Of a DNA stretch of 64,000 bases, positions 34,769 to 48,100 are shown in pieces (the stretch's first letter is position 1; each line of letters begins with the position of its first letter). This DNA comes from Lytechinus pictus (Eukaryota). Where the stretch lies: positions 22,630,001 to 22,694,000 of the forward strand of contig NC_087255.1 in assembly GCF_037042905.1 (NCBI RefSeq), given 5' to 3'. The position numbers and the translations under genes are program-made. The notes under the pieces were generated by a model. It had not been told where the DNA came from. It did not search any database and saw only the letters and a program-made list of their open reading frames with translations.

Positions 34769-36213
34769 CCCTGGACCAAAATCCAATTGAAACCAGTTGG
34801 ATTTCCAACTGGTTTCAATTGGTTTCAATTGGTTTTAACTGGTTTCAATTGGTTTTAACTGGAATTTAACAATTTCCAGTTGAAACCAATTGAAACCAGT
34901 TGGGCAACTGGAAATCCTAACTGGAACCAGTTGGGTAACTGGAAATCCCAACTGGAACCAGTTGGGCAACTGGAAATCCTAACTGGAACCAGTTGAGTAA
35001 CTGGAAATCCCAACTGGAACCCGTTGGGTAACTGGAAATGACTTCCAACTGGAAATGATTTCTAACTGGAACCAGTTGAGTAACTGGAAATCCCAACTGG
35101 AACCAGTTGGGCAACTGGAAATCCTAACTGGAACCAGTTGGCTAACTGGAAATGACTTCCAACTGGAAATGATTCCTAACTGGAACCAGTTGGGTAACTG
35201 GAAATCCTAACTTGAACCATGCAGTTGTGTAACTGGAAATCCTTACTGGTACCAATTGGGCAACTGGAGATGACTTCTAACTGGAAAGATGGGTAACTTG
35301 AAATTAATTCTAATTGGAACCAGTTGGGTAACTGGAAATAAAACTGGAACCAGTTGGGTAACTGGAAATGATTTCCAATTGGTTTCCAATTGGAAATTTT
35401 CCAGTTACCCAACTGGATCCAATTGAAACCAGTTAATTTGCATATTATCTGCCAGTGTGCACATATTAATGTTTTATGAGATTCATCATCATTAACAATG
35501 TATCTATCTAATTCTTTTCAATTTCAAGTACCACACTTTTTAAAGATAAGTATTTAGAATACTTAGCAGTGAAAACCATGTTCATAAATGTTATAGATTA
35601 TAATTAAAACAGATTAAAGGATAATTAGTACACCACTAACTGTTACCAAATTACATCAAATAAAAATACATATATTTGAAGATCTTCCATATAAATATAT
35701 ACATATGAAAGTCAGTATTTTATCAATGCCCTTTACATTGGTATTAATAGACATATAACACTGCTTCTGTGTTGACATGAGCAATAGTTAGTGCAAATGC
35801 TAATTAATTTGTAACTAATTAAGTTCATTCCAACTGGAAGTTCCAATTGGATCCAGTTGGAAACCAATTGGTTTCAACTGGTTCCAGTTGAAACCAGTTG
35901 CTTCCAATTGGTTTCAACTGGAACCAATTGAAACCAGTTGCCTCCAATTGGATCCAATTGGTTTTAATAGGGAAATTGGAACAACTGGAACCAATTGACA
36001 CCAATTGCCAACTGGTTCCAGTTGCCCAATTGGTTTTAACTGGAACCAATTGGCATCTGGTTTTCAATTGGAACCAATTGGTTTTAACTGGAACCAATTG
36101 GCAACTGGTTTTCAATTGGAACCAGTTGTTCCAATTTCCCTATTGAAACCAGTTGGCCAACTGGTTTCAATTGGTTTTGCCCTAATTGGTTTTAACTGGA
36201 TTTTGGTCCTGGG
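34769..36213. mobile_element. CMC/EnSpm-like non-autonomous element with subterminal repeat arrays
   Basis: TIR CCC(T/A)GGACCAAAATCCA with CC on both flanks (2-bp TSD). Arrays of AACTGGAACCAGTTGG at 34785-35435 and 35830-36200 surround an AT-rich core. Confidence 0.75.
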
Positions 36214-37029
36214 CCGGATCATTGTCCTGGCGGGTAAGCGTCCCGTAAGCGTCAAACCGTGTACTTCACTGGTTCACATCTCCAATACTTATCCAGTCCA
36301 TTCTCGAAGCTGTGGACACTGGGTGCATTTACTAATTCATTACTTAGACTATTCCAAGGTTTCCTCATTCTTATGTAAAATGGGTTATTCGTGTTAAAGG
36401 AAAGAGGTTATGTCTGCGTTTCTCGCTCGCCCCCCCCCCCCCCTCTTCTCTCTGAGCTTCTCAGGATCCCGGGCTGGATCCTGAGTTTTTGAGATTATTG
36501 GAGTCGCATTGAAACACTTGCACCCCATACACATCCAGATACATGTCGGTGTAACGGCAGGCATACATATAATGATTGAAATATTTGTCATTGTTTCTGT
36601 TATGCTTTTTAACATTTTTGAAAGATGACTTGCGAGCAAAGGTGTAACCATGAATTGAGATGGAAAGCGGGAGAGATGCGGGAGAGATGATGATGTCTTG
36701 GGAAGATGCCCGGGGAAGATGACTCGAATGAGAAAATGCAGACTTTGTATTTCAAGTCGTTAGTGCAAAATTGTTACACAAATCCGCTGTCACTGTAGCA
36801 TGAAAAATTAACATCTCTGCAAACAGGCGCTGGTCGGAAGCCTAAACACGTACACGATCCGCATACCAATTTCACGTGAAAATTGGACACACACGAAAAA
36901 TCGAATCTTGGATGGAGCGCCGGTGCGAGTCAAATCTGGAACGAACTGAAAAACCTAACATCATGTAAACATTGAAAATGGTGTAAAAGTGACAGATTTT
37001 CTAGGATCAGCTGGCTGCAAATCTTCAAG

Positions 37030-38518
37030 ATGTCTGACAGAAACCAAGGAGCGAGTAGCTATTCGTTTGAGGCAACTTCAAGTGTGAAATCGGTTGTGAA
37101 ACAGACGAGAAGCCATTCGAGTTCAGCGGAAGGTATTCGCACGGAGATCAGGGAGATGCAAATAGATGGACCGGCAGGTTTTCGTCATGTCTCCGGGATC
37201 ACCAGCGATACAGTGCAAGCGATCCAGGCGGCGGAGAGAGAACATTTTGCCGATCTCACCAGGGCTGAAGAGTTTAATAACATGTCACTTGTTGGTCATT
37301 TAGATGGGAGAATAAATGGTGGAAAACCCAGAATCAGCGTTATTCAGGAGAGAGAAATTCAAGGTGGTGCATTCCTCTTACGGACTGTGGAAATTATGAA
37401 GATCCCAGGTGAAACACTTGGTTTTTACATTCGCGAGGGAGATGGATTTGAACGATTGGATGGAATCTTTGTGTCAAGGTTGATGCTGGGTGGATTAGTT
37501 GAAGATTCTGGGATAATTCGTGTCGGTGATGAAATTTTATATGTTAATAATGTTGATGTATCCTTCAAAACCCTAGATGATGTGTACATGATCATGCAGA
37601 TTCCTACCCGCCTTCTGATAACAATGAAATCCAGACAGATTGGCCGGAGTTCATACCGACATTCCAGTTCGCGAATACATTCTCCTAGATACGACAAATC
37701 TGGCTCTTTTCCTGCCAGTCCAGGAAGGCATTCTGCTGCACTAAGTAGTATTATAGATTCTGAAAGACAGTCTTCACCCAGATCCTCTTCCATGCTTGAA
37801 GCTGTAAAAAATGGACAAGACATCACTGCTCAGTACAAGCTGAGCAGAAGAGTCAATGAAGGAGGTCGGGTAGAAACAAGGGTCTCAAAGACAGAATACT
37901 CAAGCACTAAAGGTGCTTATTATCCTCAAAAGGAGGAATATGTATCAAGCAAACCTGTTAAAGCATCTTCGAGAGGAGATGCAGAACCAGTGCATCAAAA
38001 TAGAGACATTGTCATGAAGCGTGTGCTGTCAAGAAATCGCAGTGCAACGACTGGCATCATCGATGATGGGCCTATTCCAGATCCTAGTCTTGCTAAGATG
38101 CTACCAGAGTCCCAATCAGAAATAAATCTGAAACACGCTCCACGTCTAAGCCGACCTGGATCCTTTGACCCCAGCATCCAGACGGAGGAAGACAGCGATT
38201 CCATGGTCTTTGTTGACGAGGACTTTGAGGAATCACTGAGTTCCTCATTCCAGAATGTGCATGGTCTGAGGAGCAGTGCTCCAGTTCAGGGCGGCTCATC
38301 CCACAGGCATCAGCAGCGGCCATACTCCACCATCATCCCACCAGACCGCTCCCTCCTGGATGATAGAGATGAGGATGAAAGCAAGGTACTGCTCTCAGTC
38401 AAGTCCTGTGATGCAGCAGCAAAGATGAGACATTCATCTTCTTCAGATAATATTGTTGCAGCGAACTGGGCTGATGATAACAAAGGTGCTGCAGTTCGGA
38501 AACAACCATCACCGAGTG
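37030..38518 (+). CDS. syd-1: SYD-1/RhoGAP100F (SYDE family) first coding exon with PDZ domain (3' partial)
   Basis: In-frame stop at 36973, ATG at 37030, donor G|GTAAGT at 38519 (phase 1). The PDZ VEIMKIPGETLGFYIREGDG...VGDEILYVNNVDVSFKTLDDVYMIMQIPTRLLI closely resembles the invertebrate SYD-1/RhoGAP100F PDZ. The C2 and RhoGAP exons were not found in the window. Confidence 0.85.
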
Positions 38519-41500
38519 GTAAGTAAACTAATCATGATTCAAATGTCTTTCTTAAATACATGTACACGTACATGTACAGTGTATGTTTCACTTTCATGTA
38601 TCTTTGTACATTATGCTTGAATGAAGTAAATTCTTCTTGCAGCTCATAGTGCAGGATTGTGTAGACTCTGGCTCAATGGTAGGGATGTAAGAACATGCAG
38701 CCACACACAAAGATTACCGGTAGTCTGCAGGCACAGACCCTGATTGGAACTTTGATCAACAACTGTGCCTCCACGCAAAGACTAGCACATACCTGAGCGA
38801 GAGAGCCTTCAGTACACAAGGCATGAGTAGGCTGCACATTCAGACCCTTAAGTCGAGTGAAGGGTTTGCCCAGCAGACTACACAAAGATAGTGCAAGATC
38901 GTACACTGTAGGCCTTATTTTACAGGGCATTTTGGTAATTTACTAATTTTGCCAGCCATTTGATAGATTAATTTTGGATTGTTGTTGATGGGCAGGTGAT
39001 CGTAACCTTAATTAATGAATTTAGCAAGAGTTTTCTCTTGCTTTATCAGCTCTGCAAAACTGTAAATCCAGAGATTGACTTAAATCGCCATAATATAGGC
39101 ACTAAATGTCACTTTGGAACCTATAATTTTTTAGATGAATTGAAATTTTTAGTAACATTGAAAAATTTGAAGTCTCCTAATTTGAAAGAGCAGTTGAAGG
39201 ATTATAAATCATGCAGTGTGTATTTTTGCTCTCAAGACGCACCAAGTTCTGACAACAACAGTTCCTAACTTTATACTTGACCTTGGATTAGGTGTTTTAT
39301 AGGGCAAAGGGCAAACCTATATGTATTAATATTTAGAATTATGCTGCTTTACAGTAATAAGAAGAATTTTCTTCTTTATTTTGTGCAGCTAAGATTTTCT
39401 TCTTGCATAAAACTATTTACAAGAAGATTAAAAGCCTTCAGTCTGTACAGTGTAGGCTACATTTTTATTGAATCTTATGATTGATATCATAACAAGCATT
39501 ATTGTACACTGTTAAATGATAAATTTTTTATGTGTACACATTGAATATATCAGGAGTTTATGCTCTTTATAAACATCCAAATATCCATTCAAGCTATCAA
39601 CCTAGCAGTTATTCTATTCCATTATGTATGAATGTGTGAGTGAGGTTGGTGTTAGACATCGAGAAATGAGAAATGGATTCCTTTCGAATGTGATGTGCAC
39701 ATCAAGAACAATTCCCCCTTTCTCTTTGTTTTTATTGCATTCTATTATTTCCCCTTGATGAAAGATGTTTATCTTTAAAATGACTTTTAAAACCAAAATG
39801 AATAGGTAAAGTACATTATATGATTGAAATACTGTTCAGTCTTTCAGTAGAACAGCAGATGGTATTTTGATTAAATCTACAGTTTGAACAGTTTCAGCTT
39901 CGAAAAGGGTAGGGGACTTCCTAAACAATACAGGCCTACTACACTTCTACATTTGTCTTTGAAGTACTACAGAGTGCTTTATATTGCTTATTATTCTGGT
40001 CTCCTTCCAAGTAAATATTAACCTTTTGAATTAACCGTGTCTCTATATTAATGACAGCACGCAAATTATTATTTCTCCCATCGACTTGATGCCTTTCCCA
40101 TCTGTAGCTTTCACTTGATCAGGCTCGTGAAGCATTGACAGGACTATGTATAATTCGCATCGATGTACAATTCATTATGTGTCCTGTAGGCCCCTACATC
40201 TAACAAGGCACCCTGCATTATTTATGTGCAGTAGCTAGCCGAATGCGTGCTGTGTGCATGATATGCGCAATGCACAATAAGGCAGGCATCACAGTAGAGA
40301 ATGAGATGCTCTCACTACCTTGCATGCTGTTGTGTATCCAGTGCTACTGCAGTGAGGATGTATTAACGTGCATACGTGTACATGCACAAAACTTTTATAT
40401 AATGGTTACATTCATGTGGCACAGTCATGCAGTTTGAAGGTGGTTGGAATTTTTGTATGATTTGCTTTTTAAACATAATTATACAAATATAGGCCCTACA
40501 GAAAAAAAATCAAGAATATGGACAATCGATAGATTGCATGCACAGGAGTTTGCAGTTTAGTTTTGAACCGTATGGGGAAAATGAAAAGGAAGGAGGAGGG
40601 TGGGGAAGGGAGGGGGGGGGGCAGGGGTTAGTGGCTGATGAGGATTGAGGACCATATTTTTCATTTGATAGGAGAGAAAGAGATTGGAATTGAAGAAATG
40701 AAAAAGGGATTGAGAGATTATGAAATATCACTATAGCTATCAGTATCATTTAATTTCCTATATAGCTATCAGTATCATTCAATTTCCTGTTGATTTAATG
40801 ATTTTTCTTCTTTGATAATAGCAAATTACTCTTTTATAAGATCTGCTATATAAAGACTCATCTACTTGTAAGGTCACTGTACCAAGAATTCATGTACTGG
40901 TAAACAGGTTCTGTAATTCTATTGTCAGCGTATTCCCTTCTAGGTTTACACTCAAATGATCATTGTCGGAATAGAGGGATTCAAATGATAAATATTACAT
41001 GTACCGGGTACTGCATATCAAATTTTCAAAATAGCCTAGTTTAATATAAAGTAAAACATTTTTCTTTGATTGAATTCTTCAAATCCCAATATACGGTACA
41101 TGTGATGTAATTATTCAGGCTACATATCCCTGATAAAATAAATTTGCTCATCTTTTTAGAATGGATGCTTCTATAATTTGCACATTGCTCTGTGTAAACA
41201 TCAATTTTGTTTGGCATTGTGGAGATATTCCTCTAAAGGTTTAATGGGCTGTAGATAGTTATTATGTGAAGATATGATATAAAATTCACAAAATGAATCC
41301 TAAATGGGGATTTCGCTCTATTGTGGATGGAGATGAATAGAAATGCACTCCGATGAAGAACTGAATTGAAAGGATCATTTGATATGAGCCAAAGCAAATA
41401 ACAATTATAGGGATTTGTATTTTAACTATTTTTGGGGGCAAAATATGTCATCAATCATCAACTGTTACTTTGATTTGTGTATGTGAATGCATATACATCA

Positions 41501-41902
41501 CATGAAAATGAAATTTGTTTCTTTATAAAAACAAATTGTAAAAATTGTGATCTAAATTCAATGTAAGAACTAATAATACAGTTCGCGTTCATTGACCCCT
41601 CTCCCTACCCCCACATCATTTCAAATAAAAAAATACTATACCCCGGTACTGAGAACTGAGCACATACATGTAGTCGATCATCTTCGGTTCTGCATGATAG
41701 AACAAAATTTGATGTACGTATAAAGAATCACAAATGATCTTCATACACAATAATTTGTTGAAACATTAAATTATCAAGTGACTGCAAACATTGTTTTTCA
41801 TTTTTTTTTCTTTATTGGAAATTTTGAAATGTCATTGCCATAGTTATAGACACACTTCAAGTTTATCAAGTACTCTTGGTTTACCATCTGTAGAAAGACC
41901 AG

Positions 41903-42037
41903 GGGCCCGTAACACAAAGCTTAGCAATGATCATAGTCATAGAACATTTTTCTACGATTGATTCCATTGACTACAATTTACGATCAATCGTGAAAATCAA
42001 GCGTATGATTAATCACTAACCTTTGTGTTATGGGACC
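41903..42037. mobile_element. CWG-flanked palindromic MITE
   Basis: CAG|GGGCCCGTAACACAAAG...CTTTGTGTTATGGGACC|CTG. Sister of 18995-19125. Confidence 0.85.
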
Positions 42038-43339
42038 CTGATCAAACAAGTCATGTACATGTATGTTGAAATTATATTAAAGTAGTTCATGGCTTTGATA
42101 AGTTATCATATCAGGATAATGATATCTAGATAATCTTTTGAAATTTGATAAAGTTATTGAAAACATTTGATGCTGAATTGTATATATTTTTTTTCAAAAG
42201 GCTGAAAGGAAGTTACATGTACTATATTTTGTTATAATGTGATGTACATGTATTTTGTACAAGATTTTGACTTTAAACATTATTATTTGGTTTTGTCTGT
42301 TTAATACAGTTTTCTATTAAGTTAGGATGTTTAAGATTTAAAAATGAAGTTTATTTCTTTGTTTCTCCAACAATAATAGAAAAAATAGAAATAATATTGT
42401 TCTGTACATGTAGCTTAATACTTGTTGATTTCCTTGTACAATTATACAGAATGAAGTAAATTGTCATTGTTTTCTCATAATGAAAAATAATAAAATGCCA
42501 CAAAATTATTGATGTAGATTTCAGAAAAATAATTTACTTAAAATTGAGCAATTACTGGGCTTGTTTGATTCAACTACACCTACAACTACAAAACAGATTC
42601 AAACGATTTGTTTTTTGTATGTTTCAAAGGGTTGCTATATAATCTTTATGGTATTTATTCTGCTTTATGGTATTAATTGTTGTGTGATTGTTGACACACG
42701 GGTCTTTTCAAAATAAAAAAAATATAAAAGCTAATTATTTTATTTGTTTACCGGTAATAATGTGGCACTGAAACCTCCGTTAAGTTTAGCTTATGAATGT
42801 AGGGATATCAAAAACAAGCTATTGTGCTGTAATACTTTACCATTGGTTTATATTATTTTTGTTCTACATGTATGTAGATTATTGTAATTGTTTTCAACCT
42901 CATCATTGAGAAATTGTTTCTCCATGATCTCATCCATCAGACTTCTTCTTATTTTCCAGTTTTCATCATGAAGATTGTGTTTTGGCTGTGGTTTTAGGGG
43001 GGTGTTTTCTTGTCCTTCAATAGGCATTCTGTAGCTGTACAATGGAATAGCCCTGAGGTAATTAGACAATGTATTGTCAGCTCTATTGTGTCAGCCATTG
43101 TTAGTTCTCTACACACTTGTTGAATGGGAATGGCTGGTGCCCAACAGACCACGTTTGATCAATATCATCCATACAGGTCCCAAAGTATATAATGTACATG
43201 AATGCAGACGCACATATGATATGCATTACACATAAACATATATTTTCAGTTCATCCCTCCATCAAAACTATTTTCTTTAATAACTCAAATAATGATTATT
43301 AAAGAACAGAGAAGAAATGACAGGAGAGAGGAGACCTAA

Positions 43340-43480
43340 GGGCCTTTTCACACATGAACCTTGAATCATCATTGTAATGATGATTGCAGGCATTCATGAT
43401 TCTAATCATGTTCTAGTTTGGTTTCACACATGCTCAAAATTCGTCTTTAGCCTTATTTTTCACTGGAAGGGCGGTTAGAC
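43340..43480. mobile_element. Solo PIF/Harbinger-like transposon end
   Basis: TAA|GGGCCTTTTCACAC, with a second TTTCACACATG internally. No partner end was found. Confidence 0.4.
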
Positions 43481-43641
43481 TCATGGATTATTTATTGTGA
43501 CCATTAAAAGGCTTTGTCCCTGAAGTTGTGCAGCTTATGAATCAACATACATGTCCATGATGAGGGGTATGACAGTTCAGCTTTTTAATTCACTTCAGCT
43601 ACATCTATTTCTGTTGTTTCTTTCGACGTTTTCAGCTTTTT

Positions 43642-44698
43642 GTCTCACTTGCATAGCAGAGTGAGGCCATAGGTGCCGCTTTTCCGACGGCGGCGGCAGC
43701 GTCAACATCAAATCTTAATCTAAGATTAAGTTTTCGAAATGACAGCATAATATATAGTAATATAGTATATGGACCTAGTTCATGAAACTTGAACATAAGG
43801 TCAATCAAGTATTACTGAACATCTTGCCAAATTTTCAGGTCACATGACCAAGGTCAAAGGTCATTTAGGGTCAATGAACTTAGACCATGTTGGGAATCAA
43901 CATCGACAAAAGTATCTTAACCTAAGGTTAAGTTTTTGAAATGTCATAACTTAGAAAGTACATGGACCTACATTAGTTCATGAAACTTGTCCATAAGGGT
44001 AATCAAATATTACTGAGCATTCTGCCTGAGCTTCAGGTCACAAGACCAAGGTTAAAGGACATTTCGGGTCAATGAACTTTGGCCATGTTGGGGTATTTGT
44101 TGAATTACCATCATAACTTTGAAAGTTTATAGATCTTCATAAAACTTGGACATGAAAGAGTAATCAAGTATCACTGAGAACATCCTGTGTGAGTTTCAGG
44201 TCACATGACCAAGGTCAAAGGTCATTTAAGGTCAATGAACTTTGGCCATGTTGGGGGTATATTTGTTGAATTACCATCAAAACTCTGAAAGTGTATGGAT
44301 GTACATGTAGTTTGAAAACTTGGACACAAGAGTAATCAAGTATCACTGAATATCCTGTGCTAGTTTCATGTCACGTGACCAAAGTTAAAGGTCATTAAAG
44401 GTCAATGAACTTGGCCATGTTGGAGATAATTGTTAAATTGCTGTCATAATTTTGAAAGTTTATGGATATACAGTGTAGTTAAGTTTAGGGGTAATCAAGT
44501 ATCACTGACAAGCCTTACATGTAGGTCACATGTTCAAGGTCAAATGTTATTTATGGTCAATGAACGTAGTATTACATGTATATCATTATATAAATGGTGT
44601 TTTTGTGAATAATTATTTTATAGTAGTTTTCAAAGTCAGCACTGCTGCTATATTGAATCGCATAATGCAGGTGAGACTGCCAGAGGCGCTCCACTTGT
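43642..44698 (+). mobile_element. HINE copy 4 (~5 internal repeats)
   Basis: Same termini as the other copies (GTCTCACTTGCA...TGCAGGTGAGACTGCCAGAGGCGCTCCACTTGT), inserted in a T run. Confidence 0.85.
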
Positions 44699-45135
44699 TA
44701 GATGCTTCTGCAATTTCAGCGACATGTATTTTCATTTGTGGTCAGTAGTCACACATCCCTGATTCTGTTTGATTTTTATTGGCGAAGAGAGATGGTTGGG
44801 GATTCAACCCTTCTGCAAAATTTTGCGATTTTTGCCATCTTTTTGAGATCTGTTCTCATTTTGTGTACAAGAAGTAACGTCTGTAACCTGTCATTGTCGT
44901 TTCTGGAACTTTTGGAGATATTATCTTCACGAATAAGAGAGATATGTAACTTTTTGTTTTCTTTTGGACTTCACGCAACCTGCAGTGAGTATACTGAACA
45001 TATAGACGTACATAATATATACAAGGCCCATACGCCGTATATACTACCTTTCAACTATAAGGTAAACGTAAGCTTTGCCTTTTACTTGTTCGACTCTTTT
45101 GTTGGATTTCGGTTCTATTCTTCAAAACCAGTGGA

Positions 45136-48100
45136 GTGAGCCTCCAACAATTAACATTCAGTATGTTGCACTTCACGTTAACATTGATGACAGCAGGTAT
45201 ATATATACTATGCAATACCAACGAAGCTAACTGTCGTCAATTTACCATTCCGACACTCTCTGAAAACCATTGGCGTGAACTTAACCATGATTTATCATCT
45301 TTGCTTAGCCCTGCACACTTTGAGCTTTGTAATGGAGTCCTAAACCCAAAACAGGCCGGCGACGCCTTTTCGGAACTTTTGACAGAATTTTTACAAAATG
45401 TGCCCGAAATATCTCAGAAGCAATCCGATCAGTACATATCTCACGAACCCAAAACGCTAACGGCGGCGCGCAAAAAGAAGAATGCTCTAAGAAAAAAGGC
45501 ATTCTCTAGAAACGCGTCAGCAGAAGATAGGAAAGCATTTAGTGATGCAATAAAAGCAGTTAGTCATCTGAAACATTTAGAAGAAGAGAAACGTAGGGGA
45601 AAATCAGCAACCTTCCAAGAAAAACAGATCAAAGACAACTTCTGGTCTTTTGCAAGGAGAGCCGCCGATGGATCATTGTCGAAAGACCCAGCAGGTCCGA
45701 CCTTTTCAGCACACTACGCTAATCAGTACTATCCCCATAAGTATTCTATTTCTCCACCAATAGACATCACGAATCTAAACTGGTTTCCGTTCATCCAGAC
45801 TGAGAGGCCAAGTCCATTTGACCTTGGCCCAGTCCTTCCCAAACACATCAGAGCGCTACTGAAAAAGAAGAAACCAGAGTCAGCTCCAGGCGATGACGGA
45901 ATCCTGTATGGACTGCTACGAAAACTTCCCGCAACCCACCATTTTATGGCAACACTGTTTTCAAAACAGCTCCTCTTCGGAAACCCCCCAGAAGCTTGGT
46001 CCCAATGCAGAATAACTCTCATCCATAAAGGCGGTGAAACCAATGACCCTTCGAACTTTAGGATGATCAGCTTAACATCATGTGTTTCTAAACTATTCCA
46101 CCAAATTCTGGCAAATAGGACAATCGAGTATCTTCTCGAAAACAAACTTATTGACAATGAAACACAGAAGGCTTTTTTGCCCGGAATAAGTGGGTGTGTC
46201 GATCATACTTTGTGTCTCAGAGAAATTATTGCGCATGCCCGCCATGTCAAGCGGACGGCTCATATAACTTTCTTTGATCTCACAGATGCATTTGGGTCCG
46301 TTAGCCACGAAATGATCCGACATACACTCGAGAGAAACGGAATACCGCCCTCTATAGTCGACTACGTGAATAATCTTTATAGTCGTCTCTCGGGTTATGT
46401 ACAAGGGCCCGGTTGGAGATCGGATAAGTTCCGCTTTGCAAGAGGAACTTTCCAGGGTGACCCTTTCTCTCCAATAATATTCATCTTGGTTTTTAACCCG
46501 ATAATAGATCGTCTTAAGCAATATGAAAATACGCATGGTTATTCACTCAATGGACAAAAATACATCACCTTGCCATATGCAGACGATTTTATTTTAATAA
46601 CAACAGACAAAAGAAGACATCAAAAACTTCTTAACGAAATTGTCGACATTACGGAAAGTATGAATTTTCAGCTTAAAATCAGCAAATGTAAATCTATGTC
46701 TATCTCGGGTGGGAAACCAAAGGAAGTGAATTTCACAATCAATGGAGAGGTTCTGAGAAATGTCAAAGATTCACCAGAAAAGTTTCTAGGCTCGTATATT
46801 ACTTTTAAGGGTACATCCCAAGAGGCGTATGAGCTCATTCACAACAAGTTGGAAAAAATGCTAGATAATGTGCAGTCTACTCTTGTGAGACCAGAATTAA
46901 AGCTCAAAATCTACGAGAGATACATTCTGTCTTCTGTAAAATTTCTCCTAACAGTGCACGATCTTACCAAAACACAACTGTACAAACTAGATTCCCTCAA
47001 TGCTAGATATTTGAAAAAGTGGCTAGAATTTCCCTCACGTGGTGCAACATCTGCAATTATCCATAGCCCAACTGGACTGGATATTCCACAATTATCTGAT
47101 GTATATTTTGAATGTCACTGTATGAGCATTGCACATGGTCTTACAAGAGCAGACCCTAGGGTACAGGCCGCCGTAGAACAAAAACTCGATCGCGAGTTAA
47201 CTTACACCAACAAATCCTATGGAAATGTACATGCGGCTGTTACTGTCGAGAATGTCATGAGTTCAATGCAAGATAGTAATTGGAAAACGCTGAGAAAGGG
47301 TATCAAATCCAACGTTAAAGAGGAGAGAGACAGAAAATGGGCTAGTAAAATTAAAACACTAGTAGTACAAGGTCAATACTTGAATTTACTAAATGAACAA
47401 GATACTGATATATCCTGGAAAAGTATCATTTACAATCTTCCAAGAAGGGTACTAAGTTTCGCCGTCAGGGCCTCTATTGATGCTCTACCCACTTTCCGAA
47501 ACCTTCAAAGATGGGGCAAGAGGGTATCAGGTAAATGTGATCTGTGTTCCAACACACAAACCCTCCACCATGTACTGAACCACTGTCAAACAATGCTGAC
47601 TCAAGGTCGATATACATGGAGGCATGATAGTATATTGAACTACATATTTCAAGTAATAACGTTATCTGAACTAGTGTCACAGGGGGAATTGTGCGTAAAC
47701 GTAGACCTGACAGGTAATTTGTCCAGTGCCTCAACTATACCAGTTAGCATACTACCAACAACAGACCGTCCAGACTTAGTAATATATCGGCCAAGAGTAA
47801 AAGAAATATTTATATTCGAATTGACAGTTCCGTTCGAGATGAACATGACCAATAGTCACCGGTACAAGGTGAACAAGTACACACCCCTGGTAAATGACTT
47901 AAGGCACTCTGGTTACAAATGTACTTTATGGTGTTTCGAAGCAGGATCACGAGGACACATTTCCGAAGAGAATAGAGCAACGCTTAAAGCCATGTTCCAA
48001 TTGGTCAATGTACAGAACCTGAAGGGTCAAATCAAACACATATGCCAGACATTAAGTAGACTAGCTCTCGTAACGTCTTATGGTATCTACAACGCACGAA

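Noticed and set aside
34785-36200. CRISPR-like array or repeat-protein ORFs
   Set aside because: Eukaryotic context, no unique spacers and no cas genes. The repeats are transposon subterminal arrays.
45020-45082. Ribozyme-like three-way junction upstream of the RT ORF
   Set aside because: Short stems are present, but no HDV, twister or hammerhead core is recognisable, and it lies outside the putative TSD.
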